This document shows positions 13,795 through 24,690 of a stretch of DNA of 64,000 nucleotides, piece after piece. The stretch is from Schmidtea polychroa (taxonomy: Eukaryota), in contig CM097886.1 in NCBI GenBank assembly GCA_044892525.1, positions 93,186,001 to 93,250,000 on the forward strand. The letters are read 5' to 3'. The first letter of the stretch is position 1. Every line of letters begins with the position of its first letter. The notes beneath the pieces are model-generated. The model did no database searches. It was not told where the DNA came from and was given only the letters and a program-made list of their open reading frames with translations. A program made the position numbers and the translations under genes.

Positions 13795-14520
13795 GTAGTA
13801 GGATTGGGGCCATCCAGGCCAGGGGCCCTCCCGGCCACATATACCCCCTCCCCCCCCCGGGAAAAAATTTTTTTTTTAAATAAAAGGTCAAGGTCATTTA
13901 TTTTTTTTTTTTAATTTTTTGTTTTAATTAATTGGCCGGGATGGCCCCTACTTTTTGTCATCCCAAAAATTAATGTTCCCGCCAACGGATTTTATTGGAC
14001 GATACCTCATCTTAAAGCTCAGTCCAAGACCTTTCGAATGAGCTATAGGTATCCTATATATCTTTAATAGTTTTAATGTTATTAACAATTGATGACCACC
14101 ATCTTTTCAACGTTAAATTATTATTATTTTCCAAAATATTATTAATTGGCCGGGAGGGCCCCTACTTTTTTTCATCCCAAAAATTAATGTTCCCATTATC
14201 CGAATTTATTGCTCGATATCTTATTTTGAAGCTTAGTGCAAGACCTTTCGAATGAGCTATTGAAGGTATCATCATCATTAACATCGGCAAAGTTATTAAC
14301 GTTTTCCCGAGACCATTTTCAAGGTCATTTATTTTTCAAAATATTATTAAGTGATCTGGCGGGCTCACACTTTTTTTCATCCCAAAAATTAATGTTCCCA
14401 TTATCCGAATTTATTAACCGATACCTCATCTTAAAGCTCAGTCCAAGACCTTTCGAATGAGCCATAGAAGGTATCATCATCATTATTATTAACAAAGAGA
14501 ATGAGTCACCCAATGACTCA
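13794..14520 (+). mobile_element. Non-autonomous repeat element beginning AGTAGTAGGAT with internal ~200-bp subrepeats
   Basis: GC-rich terminus, a ccccccggg run, and repeated tcaaggtca / aaaattaatgttccc / gacctttcgaatgag blocks. Same architecture as 31730-32290 on the minus strand. Confidence 0.5.
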
Positions 14521-14523
14521 CCC

Positions 14524-14690
14524 AACGATGCCTAATATTTTTAGAACGATGCCTAATATTTTTAGAATGATTACGTCATAATTTTAGAACGATGTCTATT
14601 ATTTTTAGAACGATGCCTAATATTTTTAGAACGATTACGTCATACTTTTAGAACGATGCCTAATATTTTAAGAACGATGCCTAATATTTA
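14524..14690 (+). repeat. Minisatellite with a ~21-bp unit (aacgatgcctaatatttttag)
   Basis: About seven head-to-tail units with minor variants and no unique spacers. Confidence 0.85.
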
Positions 14691-14785
14691 ATATAAAATG
14701 TCTTTTTTCTTTTTATGTATATTATGGGTATTATGTGTTTACTAATATTTCTGTAAAATTAACCATTCTCCCTTCCCTACCGAGC

Positions 14786-16435
14786 ATGGGAGGGTGCTGC
14801 TATGGGCCCCAGCACTCTTTTAAAGGGGGAAACCAAGGGAACAGGATAAAGAACAGAGCTAAGTCAAGGGTGAGGGCGAGCGAGGTAATGGGTTTTGAAT
14901 TGCGATGGGAAAGTATAAATCAAATATTTGTCAAAACTCTTACTGGTAAGACAATTACTCTTGACGTTGAATTGAATGGCACGATTGAAAAGGTAAAAGG
15001 AAAAATTCAGGACAAAGAAGGAATTCCGGTAAATTATCAAAGGTTAGTCTACGCAGGGAAGCAATTAGAAAATAAAAGAATATTGAATGATTATAGCATA
15101 CAAGTAGGTTCGACACTTCATTTGTCACTCAGGCTGTGCGGTGGCAATGACGAAGAGATTTTAGAAGAAGAATTGTGGAAAAAGAGAATGAAAAAAGGAA
15201 AATTAACGAGATTTAGAAACAAGATTCTGAATGATATAAAGGGTAAGGATGTTAGCAAATGGTTGGAGGAATATGAAGATCAAAAGGAGAGTCTAGATGA
15301 AGAATTAAGAGATCTAAGAACGATCAGTGAAAAATTGCAAAGATTGGACATCACTGCAATCTTAGATAAAGACCTGGAGGAGATCGAGGAAAAACATCAA
15401 ATAATTGGGGCATTGATGGAAAGAAAAGCAAATCAATCTTTTATGGAAAAGAAGGAAAAGGTGAATGATGATACCATCAAGAAGAATAATGCAGTGCATA
15501 AAAGAAAACTGGAAAGTCTACAGAAAATTACAATACCTGTCTTTGAAGGCAAGATGAAAGAGTACGAACCATGGCAAGCAGCTTTTACGGCGTGTGTTGA
15601 CGAAGCGGAAGGTGATGAGGTTGAAAAGATGTTTCACCTGCACAAGTACCTTCACGGAGAGCCATTAAAGTTAATTGAAAATCTAGGATATTCGACAGAG
15701 GCTTATCAAATGGCAAAAGAGAAGTTGGATAGGCGATATGGTGGGGATGAAAGGATATATTTATCAATGTTAGAGGAGATGGAACAGTTCAGGCCAATTC
15801 GAGAAGGAGATTTGAAGAATCTAGACTTATTTGTTGGATTATTAGAAACAGTCACCGTGCGATTTAAATCCACTGGGAAAGATTCCGAGTTAAATACTGG
15901 ATATCTTTTTCAAAAGTGTTTGGGCAAGTTAACAACGGATCTTGTGTATAAATGGAGGAAAGAGAAAATAGAAAAGGAATTGCGGGAGACGATAGAGAAT
16001 TTGAGAAGATGGATACAACAAGAAGCGGAGATCCTAAGGTCCACTAACGAGGTCGTGTATGGGACTCAACCATGCACCAGGGCTTATGATGGGTCAAGAG
16101 TAGAAGGTGTGTCTGTAGAAAGAGAAAGCTTCAATCCAGGAGGTTGGACGCATTTTACGGGGCAACCAGATGGCAAAGTTAAAAGTGGAACGGTTATACA
16201 GGTGAATAACTCTAATGGCTATAGATCAGAGTGTGTACAATGTGGTGGTCAACATTACCTAGACCAATGTGACAAGTTTAAGCAACTCACAATTTCAGAA
16301 AGGAAAAGAGTCATCGAAGAAAAGAAACTGTGCCGGAATTGCTTCAAAAGAAATCACATGGCCAAGGAATGTCGTAAAGAATCTTTCTGCAAGGTTACCG
16401 GATGTAATCAAAGACACAGCGAATTATTAAATTAA
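14786..16435 (+). CDS. gag: Ubiquitin-Gag fusion protein (ubiquitin domain 14918-15145, DUF1759-like BEL/Pao Gag, C-terminal Cys/His knuckles)
   Basis: [18 protein letters not shown]...[12 protein letters not shown] is about 55/76 identical to ubiquitin by manual alignment. [18 protein letters not shown] and [17 protein letters not shown] match DUF1759 Gag; [27 protein letters not shown] and [10 protein letters not shown] are the knuckles. The ATG at 14786 has a strong Kozak context; the ORF track starts at 14735. Confidence 0.9.
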   Translation: MGGCCYGPQHSFKGGNQGNRIKNRAKSRVRASEVMGFELRWESINQIFVKTLTGKTITLDVELNGTIEKVKGKIQDKEGIPVNYQRLVYAGKQLENKRILNDYSIQVGSTLHLSLRLCGGNDEEILEEELWKKRMKKGKLTRFRNKILNDIKGKDVSKWLEEYEDQKESLDEELRDLRTISEKLQRLDITAILDKDLEEIEEKHQIIGALMERKANQSFMEKKEKVNDDTIKKNNAVHKRKLESLQKITIPVFEGKMKEYEPWQAAFTACVDEAEGDEVEKMFHLHKYLHGEPLKLIENLGYSTEAYQMAKEKLDRRYGGDERIYLSMLEEMEQFRPIREGDLKNLDLFVGLLETVTVRFKSTGKDSELNTGYLFQKCLGKLTTDLVYKWRKEKIEKELRETIENLRRWIQQEAEILRSTNEVVYGTQPCTRAYDGSRVEGVSVERESFNPGGWTHFTGQPDGKVKSGTVIQVNNSNGYRSECVQCGGQHYLDQCDKFKQLTISERKRVIEEKKLCRNCFKRNHMAKECRKESFCKVTGCNQRHSELLN

Positions 16436-16444
16436 AACGCATCA

Positions 16445-17574
16445 ATGAGGACGGTTCAGAGTTATTTTGCGGTAACTGAAATGTTCAATGACGAGTTACG
16501 GGCATCTCGAGGAATTGAGGACACGCCACTCGACAGGAGTAAGGCATCTAATGAAGAGCAAGGAGCTCAGAGTCATTTAGATGGGCAAATATTCAATTCT
16601 GGAAGAACTAACGAATTAGTTAACGTTATGACAATCACACAAAATGTTCAAGGAAAAATGAATACAGGGGAAAAGCAAGATGAGGCTTGCCGGGCTGGTG
16701 AGATCATAAAATTATCCGACGATAAAATTGTGGAACCGAAGACAACGGAAGTGATGAGTAATTGGGAAAAAGACAAACCAGAATCAGAGGATTTAACGCC
16801 CGAGGCGGCGGTTAATGATATGCAGGTCGACGAATGGGAAGTTATTCGATTAAAAGAAGAACGTGATAATGTAAAAGGGGCAGAAGACTCCAGAGGGGAG
16901 AGGCAAAACAAGGAGACCAGTATGGTATATGGAAATCATGGGAAACTGTACGGGATAATGATCAAGGGGCCAAGGAAGTTTTGGAAAAATTGAACGAATC
17001 ATCGAACAGTTTAAAACAACAAGGATCACTGGAACTCGCTTGCACGCCTCTAAAGATGCACATGAAAGACAAGGTGTCAATTAGGGAATCGAAACACGAA
17101 GCAATCAAAGAACGACTTTGTAGGATGCTTATAAAACCATTAAGTGAAAACTGGTCACTAAATGAAATGCAACAGGGAAAAGGGTGGAATATTGAATTGG
17201 CGAAAAAGGGAGAAAGAATAATGGAGAGATTACACCTAAACAAACTGAACAGAGACAGCTGCTTGGCCGAGTATAGCGATGGTGGGTGGAGAATCCACAA
17301 TGATGTTTCAAAAAAGGTGCGTGGTGCGGCGGCTTATATAATACAAAGATGGGTTTGTGAGGGTTATTGGAGATTGAGCCAAAATGCAGAAAATGGAGGG
17401 CGAAGGGATAAAATGGCGAGGGAAGTGCAAGAAATGAAGGGGAAAAGGGATAAGCTGACACGGGAATGTATCTTCAAATTATGTTGGAGTATAAAAGAAG
17501 AAGGAGAAGCTGATGGGGATTTGAGATTGACACTAAGGTGTCAAGGGGGGGGGGGGGAGGATGGTAAATTATGA
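16445..17574 (+). pseudogene. Degenerate pol-region remnant of the BEL element (ORFs 16445-16993 and 16981-17574)
   Basis: The first ORF is in frame with Gag after a single TAA. The second weakly resembles the BEL pre-RT region ([15 protein letters not shown]...EY). No catalytic motifs are recognisable. Confidence 0.45.
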
Positions 17575-18440
17575 GCTCAATGCGCGTCTGTGTGCGCGTT
17601 GTATTGTGTGATGGGTTTGTGTGCGCACACAGACGCGAGCAATGTCATTTTTGTGTTGGGTTGTTAGTTTATCTCGCGTCTGTGTGCGCTTTCTTTTCTT
17701 TGTTTTTGGCTTGTGTGCGCACACAGACGCGAGCAAGAGGTATGGCAATTTTATTAAGTAGTTTTGTAATTTTTTTTGATTTAGAAGTTAATTAGATTTT
17801 TGAATGTGAATGGATTTAGAGAGTTGTTAATGGTATCGATTTCGGTTTTTTGGAGTTTATGATTTTTCGGATAAAAGATGGCTGCTTTTAATGAAGAAAT
17901 TTATGAATCTGATAACTCAATGGAAATTGGAAATACTACCAACGAAACTGATGGTTCATTTTTTATGATCCCAAGAGATCCTGATAACTTTAATGGTGTT
18001 TTTGGCCAACTAATATTAAATTTATTTGGTGGATGGATTTCCGTTGGTATTCGATGCAATAATTGTGATGTAGTAGCTACACAAAGAAAGGTTCCAGATA
18101 AAATGATTGAGAAGAGTACAGCTACAAGATTGTTTAATATTACTGAAAGTACTGGAGGTGTTATGACTGGTATGATCCCTAATTATCGATCTCAAGTATG
18201 TCGTGCACAAATGGAAGCAGCTCGATTTAGATATAAACATGGATATGAAATGCCTTGTGACATAATATGTCGTTCTATTGCGGATATTAAGCAGCTTTCT
18301 ACCCAATCAACTGAGACGCAACCATTAGGTTGTTCAATGATGGCATTATCTTATGGTATTGAAATGGACAAATTGTTATTATTCAAAACCGGCTCTATGG
18401 ATGAAAATAAAATTATTATTCGTGATCCTGAATTTAAACA
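17562..18440 (+). repeat. 3' LTR of BEL copy A (879 bp)
   Basis: Starts TGGTAAATT right after the PPT and ends AATTTAAACA (imperfect inverted termini). Homologous to 56616-57414 and 59496-60361. Confidence 0.85.
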
Positions 18441-18447
18441 ATTATAG
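17878..18447 (+). CDS. PSMA6: LTR-borne ORF: novel acidic leader fused to a truncated proteasome subunit alpha type-6
   Basis: GGWISVGIR...TQRKVPDKM...LFNITE..G.VMTGM...RSQV.RA..EAA.F.YK.GYEMP.D..C..IADI.Q..TQ..E..PLGCSM aligns with PSMA6 (roughly 55% to the human sequence as I recall it, over ~107 aa; homology 18028-18390). Lacks the N-terminal gate and most of the C-terminal half. The stop codon lies just outside the LTR. Confidence 0.9.
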   Translation: MAAFNEEIYESDNSMEIGNTTNETDGSFFMIPRDPDNFNGVFGQLILNLFGGWISVGIRCNNCDVVATQRKVPDKMIEKSTATRLFNITESTGGVMTGMIPNYRSQVCRAQMEAARFRYKHGYEMPCDIICRSIADIKQLSTQSTETQPLGCSMMALSYGIEMDKLLLFKTGSMDENKIIIRDPEFKQL

Positions 18448-19275
18448 CAATCCAATAATTGTTTAAACAATTTAATGCTAAAATTTAATATCAACAAAAA
18501 ATATCAAAAATTAATTTCCACAGATAAAATTTTCAGTTTTAATATTTTAACATTTCAAATTCTTGCTACAGTAGCATGGCCCAACATAACTGCTTGTTAC
18601 GCACTTGTATTCTAGTGATCATGGTTGTTATTCGGTGTTTTATTGATTGCAGCTTCCAAATCTCGGATCATCTTCGATTATTGTAGCAATAAGTGCGGAG
18701 GAAAGTAAAATCACTACGAAAGAGTGCTTCAACAGTCCTAATGTCAATTCCTGGATTTCATATCTCAAATCGAATACAGCAGAATATTGAAATAAATGAA
18801 AAGAAGTAAAAAATATTATTTGACGAAGACAGAGAAATGAATATAATTTACAAATATATTTTTACATTTATTACCAACGCTAAAATAGATATAACGATAG
18901 AAACATGTACAAATACGATACATAAATAATTCTAAAACTAAAAGTCATTCAATCGTAATTTATTACGAAGCTTAATAATCCAAATAATCATTAAACAAAT
19001 ACACAACATAGTTGGGATTAGAATAAGCAATATTTGATACAAACTTATTTGCGGTTTTCCCAAATCTAAAACAGATATAAGTAAACATGATGGTAAAAAA
19101 CAAAGATAATGAAGAACTATAATATAATACAAAATTTCGTTACTAATTATAAATTATTAAAAACTCTCAAAAAGAACTTTATCGAAATTTGTTTTTATCA
19201 CAAGGGAATTATAATAGAAAAATATAATTAATTAAAAAATATAATTAATAATATAATTAAGGTAAATCCAGAGGG

Positions 19276-19705
19276 CTTTAACAAAGATGTTATTTTGAAT
19301 ATGTTTTAATTATCGGTATTGAATTTCACCAATAATAAAATTCTATCAAGAAAGACAATGCGCATAAAGTAGATATTACTAAAATATTTGTAGGATGCCT
19401 GTAAATAATACCTATTCGAAATTATATAATATTTATGCATGTTGAATTTGTATAATTAATCTTATTAAAAAGATTGAAAATTTTGAAATCTCAAAATGTG
19501 TTAAAAAATTACGAATTATTTTGAATATTTTTTAATTATCGGTATTGAAGTTCACGAATAAAGATACTCATAATAAAATTCTATCAAGAAAAGAAAGACA
19601 AAGATAAAGCGTAAATAATTAATATTGCTAAAATATTTGTAGGATGCCTGTAAATAATACCTATTCGAAATTATATAATATTTATGCATGTTGAATTTGT
19701 ATAAT
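19276..19705 (+). repeat. Local tandem duplication of a ~245-bp unit (also at about 61215-61640)
   Basis: The block ...aaatatttgtaggatgcctgtaaataatacctattcgaaatt... occurs twice. Confidence 0.75.
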
Positions 19706-19899
19706 TGTTTTTTTTAAGAGATAAGATTTTTAGGACATGTAATAAACGATGAAGGAATACACGCTAATGACAATGAAATTATCGTGATTGAAAATTTCGA
19801 AATCTCAAAATGTTTAAAAAAAAATTATTATAGTTGATTTATAAAGAAAATAATAATATGTATTCAAAACCACTCGTAAAATTGTGCGATATAAATCAA

Positions 19900-19975
19900 A
19901 CAGAAAATATGTGGACCAATGAATGCGAAGAGTCCTTTCAAGAATTAAAGAAAGGATTAATAACAGCTGATAATA
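19900..19975 (+). pseudogene. Tiny Ty3/Gypsy RT-RNase H connection fragment (duplicated at about 61830-61900)
   Basis: Reads MWTNECEESFQELKKGLITA, matching the WxxxCxxAFxxLKxxLxxA motif. Confidence 0.6.
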
Positions 19976-21219
19976 AATTCTATATCTGCTTTTAATTGTA
20001 ATCAACAGTTTTAATTTAAATTGTATAAATAAATAAGAAATGCCAAAAATAGAATTCAATTTTATTTAAAATATGCATATAATCAATTATTGAAATAAGA
20101 ATTGACTTAATTACAGATTTAATATTCGAAATCTAAATAAATCTGGATTCTCGCCAATACTGCTTGTTGAGAGAAAGGAAATATTTCTTTCAATTCGTTC
20201 ATTGAATTTAATTGATCAATTCATAATTTAATTGTAAATATTTAAGAAAAAACGATATAGAATAATTCAACAAAAAACAATAATTCGAATAGACAAAAGC
20301 AAAAATTGGAAAATTAGTTTTATGATTACCAATTATGCCCACATTTCAGCATGATACAGAAAGAAACTGATATAGCGTTTTTATCTTTAGGCGAATGAGG
20401 TCATTTAATAGTTTGATGCATAAGTTCCGAAATCCTCATTTAAAATTCATATTTAATTAAAACTCTTTTCCTATATATGATGTATTTACAATTTAATTAT
20501 TAAATTAATATTTATTATTTGGAAAGTTAGGGACACTAAACAAATATCTCTCGCGCAGAATTTCTTTTAGTTGATTTCAATTAAAATTTTTCCAATAAAA
20601 TAAAATAATCATTAAATAGAATTAATTTAAAAAATAAGGTTTTCCTGCAAAAACAAGAATAAAAGAATTAATATTTTGAAGTGTCACAAAATTTATTATT
20701 ATTGTTATTGATATAATTATTNNNNNNNNNNNNNNNNNNNNNNNNNNNNNNNNNNNNNNNNNNNNNNNNNNNNNNNNNNNNNNNNNNNNNNNNNNNNNNN
20801 NNNNNNNNNNNNNNNNNNNNNNNNNNNNNNNNNNNNNNNNNNNNNNNNNTATAGTGATGATTAAATTTAAACAATTAAATGATAATTTAAGCCTTTTGTT
20901 GCGATTAATATATTTAATATAAATGAATAAATTGTCGACTATTAGATAGGCTTTGACAATCGAAATTTTTTTCATTTGTATTAAATATTGATATAATAAT
21001 TGTCAGAAATATTTTGGTTAATATCAATATTATTATTATTATTATTATTATTATTGATAAAATTACTATTAATTTATTATTGAAAAATTGTTAAGTTAAA
21101 CTCTGTTTATTAAGGATGATTAACTCAAACCCCCCTCATTTAGTAACCCATATTCACCATATCAAAATAGCTAAAATTCAGAATGGGAAATGTAATAAAT
21201 GAGATAATCAGAAATATAA

Positions 21220-24200
21220 TCACATACTTGTATAATTTGATAACAGTTTTATGGAGTAATCCGCTGTGATCCATTTATATTCAGCACCATTATATAGCTT
21301 GTCAAGATCCTCCTTTACTCCATGACAGCTCACGGATTTGATGGAATCTTTTACGTATAATATTGTCAGGTATTTCTGATATGTAGGAATGATGTACTGA
21401 TTCGGATCGTTCTTCACGATCTCTAAAACATTATAAAATGAAGTTATCGGAACTGGAAAGAAAGAGATTGAAATGACCGAAAAGTCGGTGAAATTGGAAA
21501 ACTTAAGAAAGATATTGAAGTAAAATGGAGCATTAATTAAAATATTAGAAACACGAAATGGAGAACAATTGAGAAATGATAAAAGTAGTAGAATATGTCC
21601 CCTCCAGGATATCATCCTCCCTCCCGTGTGGAATAATACAATATTAAACTAAAAAATATTTTGTTTGTTTAAAAAATTTTTGAAAAAATTTTAAGTTCCA
21701 AACACAGGAAATTTTTCGAAAAAAATGATGAATCATACTGTCGGACCAAGTCCTAAAAACAACTTAAAGAATCTTCTTCTTGTCTTCTTAATTTTTTGTT
21801 TTACCTAGCACCAAGGTTAAAATTCAGCTGAGACGATCCTATAAAACAATCAAACCTTACTAAGAATCGCTATTCGAACATCTTTTTCACTATATACTTC
21901 GATAGCATCACTATCATCATCAGGTTACTTACATTCACGACGGATGAATAACTATACTATATTGATAATATATAAACAAATTATAAAATCTATAAATTTT
22001 AAATTATAAATAAAAATTTTAAACAATTATTTTTTTTTAAATTATTTTAAAATTATTTTAATTATTTAACATAACTAATATTCAATATACATCAATATAC
22101 AAAAACTTAATTAAAAACATTCAACACACACTGTATTCTGCACATTGATTTTAGGATTAAAAGTCCTTATCAATAATGCTTCACATATCACACACTTAAA
22201 ACAATTATCAAAATTTTTTGATAAGATTTTAAAATCAGACATTCCTAATTCTCTCATGCAGACTTTATTGTGATCCTTAATATTGGACATGATGATATTG
22301 ATTCTATCGAAATATATAGTGAAAAAGATGTACAAATGGTGATTTTTATTAATAAAATCTTTACCGTGTTTATTTAGGTATTTATTTAAAAATCTTAATA
22401 ATTATATTAAACATTAAATAAAACAAAATTAAAAATTAATAAAACACGAATAATAAAATAAGAAAATCAAGCAGTTCCACATGAAAGTATAAAATAAATA
22501 GCTGAAAAAGACAATAGCAGAAATACCACCTTATCCATGGGATAATTCAATCAATGAGGAACAAAAAGAAAAGAAAGAATTTACTTCAAAACAAATAAAT
22601 AAACTAACCAATCAAAATGATAGTAATTTGAAAGTTAAAAATGATCACAAAAAACGATCAAAAACACAACAGATCAATCCTGATTGTCGAATACATTCAC
22701 AAAAAACTATATAAGGCAGTCTTAGCAGGCACTACCGCTTTTTATACATCAAACGTTTGCGCCTTCAAATTTTAGGCGAATACTTTTTGTGATCTAAAAA
22801 AACCAATTTTCTGACGATTAGCTAAACCGTAATTTCAAATTCATCAAAACTCGTATAACCCGATTTTTGGATTTTATTTTTTTCAATCACTTATACGAGG
22901 GGTGGGGAACCTGCGGCCTGCCGGAGCTTCATGTGTGGCCTCCGGAGCCTTATCGAAATCAATCTTAATTTATATAAAAAACCATGAATTTTGAGGATTT
23001 ACAAATAAAATACTCGTAACTACTGAACTGTATATATACCGAACTGTACAAAGAAGAAAATATAAAAGTCAATCATTCACATCCATAAATACAAAATGTA
23101 TGTAGACGAATAAAAAAGATTATTGAGCCCTTATTTGTGAAATGATGACTTATTTGCATCATTTTTTCCATTCAGAAATAATAAACATTTTCAAGAATAT
23201 TTCGTACAGCCGCATTTTTCAAATCTGGAGACTGATTATAAATATTGTTTTAATTAATAACTGTATATAAACAAAAGATTTAAAATGAAATTAATTAATG
23301 TTAAAATACTTTTTGACTGCGGCCCCATTTGGAGGCGACAAATTTCAATGTGGCCTTAGAAATATAAGAAATATAAAAGTTCCCCAACTTCGGACTGTAT
23401 TCACAGCACAATCGGTAATAATTTTATTGCTATTTCTATTTTTATAGGTAATATTTATGCATGTGTAATCCAATTTAATTTTCATTAAAATTATTTACTA
23501 GATTCGTTCTTCCTCATATTTATTAACTAAACTTTTAGTATTTTATAATTATCATTTTATCTAATGTAGGTCCTAAACTTCATAGGTTTACTTAGTTTGT
23601 ATTTTTAAATATATAGCGGTGGAACTACCGTGAATTGACTTATTTTCCTGCAGGCTACTTTGCGATGTTTTCTCGCTATCGGTAGGATGGTTGCAGCGAG
23701 ATCTCCATACTGGGATCGCGTCGTAGATACTGCTGTTCCTTTTTATTAAAATCTTGCATCGAAAATAGTTTTAGTGAGCTAAAAATCTTAAAAATTCGCA
23801 TATCCAATATCATTTCCAATAATATAACCCATATTTCTCTCACAGACGGTTCCAAATATATTTAGAGAACACCAGAATTCATTTTTAACCAAAATTATGA
23901 AGAATAAAATAATGATAAATAAAATTACTCTCATTGATTCGCCATTGGATTTCCCCCCGCCAATATTCCGAATTCTTACAATAAAGGCTAAACGGGACTT
24001 TATCATCATTGGTTCTCATATCTACATTTTGATTGGAAGGTTTAATAAATGTTGCGCATTTGAAACCGCGATCCAGCACATCTTGCACAATTGATTCCGC
24101 CCTGATAAACAATCAATTGCTCATAAATGTGCAAATAATAACTGAGATTGGGCCGCATTATATTCGATGCATCCTTTCTTACCATTGTCCCACATACATT

Positions 24201-24306
24201 CAGGATCACTTGCGCAATTAATACATGTTGTGTAATTCATTGAACAATTGGTCTTCATATTGACCGGGTGGATGTTATTTGTTGTCAACACGTGCAAATA
24301 ATTCCC
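21220..24306 (-). CDS. 3' exons of a semaphorin (Sema C-terminus, PSI, Ig; no TM, class-2/3-like secreted type). Predicted exons 24306-24143, 24101-23929, 21422-21220
   Basis: YLHVLTT...CSMNYTTCINCASDPECMW (PSI), QDVLDRGFKC, and LYC...IQWRINE|KIVKNDPNQYIIPTYQKYLTILYV...SC (Ig). GT-AG introns at 24142-24102 (41 nt) and 23928-21423 both join in frame. Confidence 0.75.
21860..22380 (-). mobile_element. Penelope-like element fragment: GIY-YIG endonuclease C-terminus flanked by inverted copies of the terminal repeat
   Basis: Reads SNIKDHNKVC...FKILSKN...CEALLIRTFNPKINVQ (22290-22135). The terminal repeat lies on the minus strand at about 21923-21850 and on the plus strand at 22290-22380. Confidence 0.75.
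21897..21923 (-). ncRNA. Degenerate hammerhead ribozyme core of the Penelope terminal repeat
   Basis: CUGAUGA-U-GAUAG(ugaug)CUAUC-GAAG on the minus strand. The inverted copy at 22290-22320 retains GAAA but has lost CUGA. Confidence 0.45.
22897..23392. mobile_element. hAT-Charlie-like MITE (second copy 63219-63715)
   Basis: Termini gaggggtggggaacc ... gttccccaacttcg with subterminal gcggcc motifs. No target-site duplication found. Confidence 0.65.
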
Positions 24307-24400
24307 CTGCAATAATTTCATTTATCATTTATCATTGCCATTTATCATCGAGTTACTTTTCTCAAAACATCTTTCACAATATGAAATTGTGGATCTCGAT

Positions 24401-24690
24401 TTATTGGAAAGCTCGACTGGTCTTCACTAGTGACAATTTCTTGTCCATTAATAAAGAACTGGCTCGGAATTGAACGGATTGACCTCTTTTCCGAGATTCC
24501 ATCGGTGTGTATTGCCGATATAGATACGGTTGATTAGTATGCCGGAATATGCACCAATTGTACCATTCTCCTGAGGATTTATCCTCTCCATGATTCAGCA
24601 TCCCATTGTCGAAATCACAGAGAACAACTCGATATAAATGGCCATGAGCTGGAACGTTATATTCGTAATAATATCTATAGCAGATGAAAG
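24401..24690 (-). CDS. Probable Sema-domain exon(s) of the semaphorin gene
   Basis: Open frame YRVVLCDFDNGML...SSLLMDKK just upstream of the PSI exon, loosely like the last Sema blade. Exon limits uncertain. Confidence 0.5.

Larger units (their letters stand above)
14692..18440 (+). mobile_element. BEL/Pao-type LTR retrotransposon derivative, copy A (5' LTR and PBS lost; non-autonomous)
   Basis: Gag-like ORF, degenerate pol remnant without RT/RNase H/integrase motifs, G-rich PPT at 17543-17561, and LTR TG(17562)...CA(18440). Near-identical to 57467-60361. Confidence 0.85.

Noticed and set aside
14524-14690. Regular 21-bp repeats as a possible CRISPR array
   Set aside because: There are no unique spacers or cas genes and the context is eukaryotic; it is a minisatellite.
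17878-18447. The host's genuine PSMA6 gene, or a genuine ubiquitin gene at 14918
   Set aside because: PSMA6 is truncated at both ends and confined to LTR copies; the ubiquitin domain is too divergent for canonical ubiquitin and is fused to Gag.
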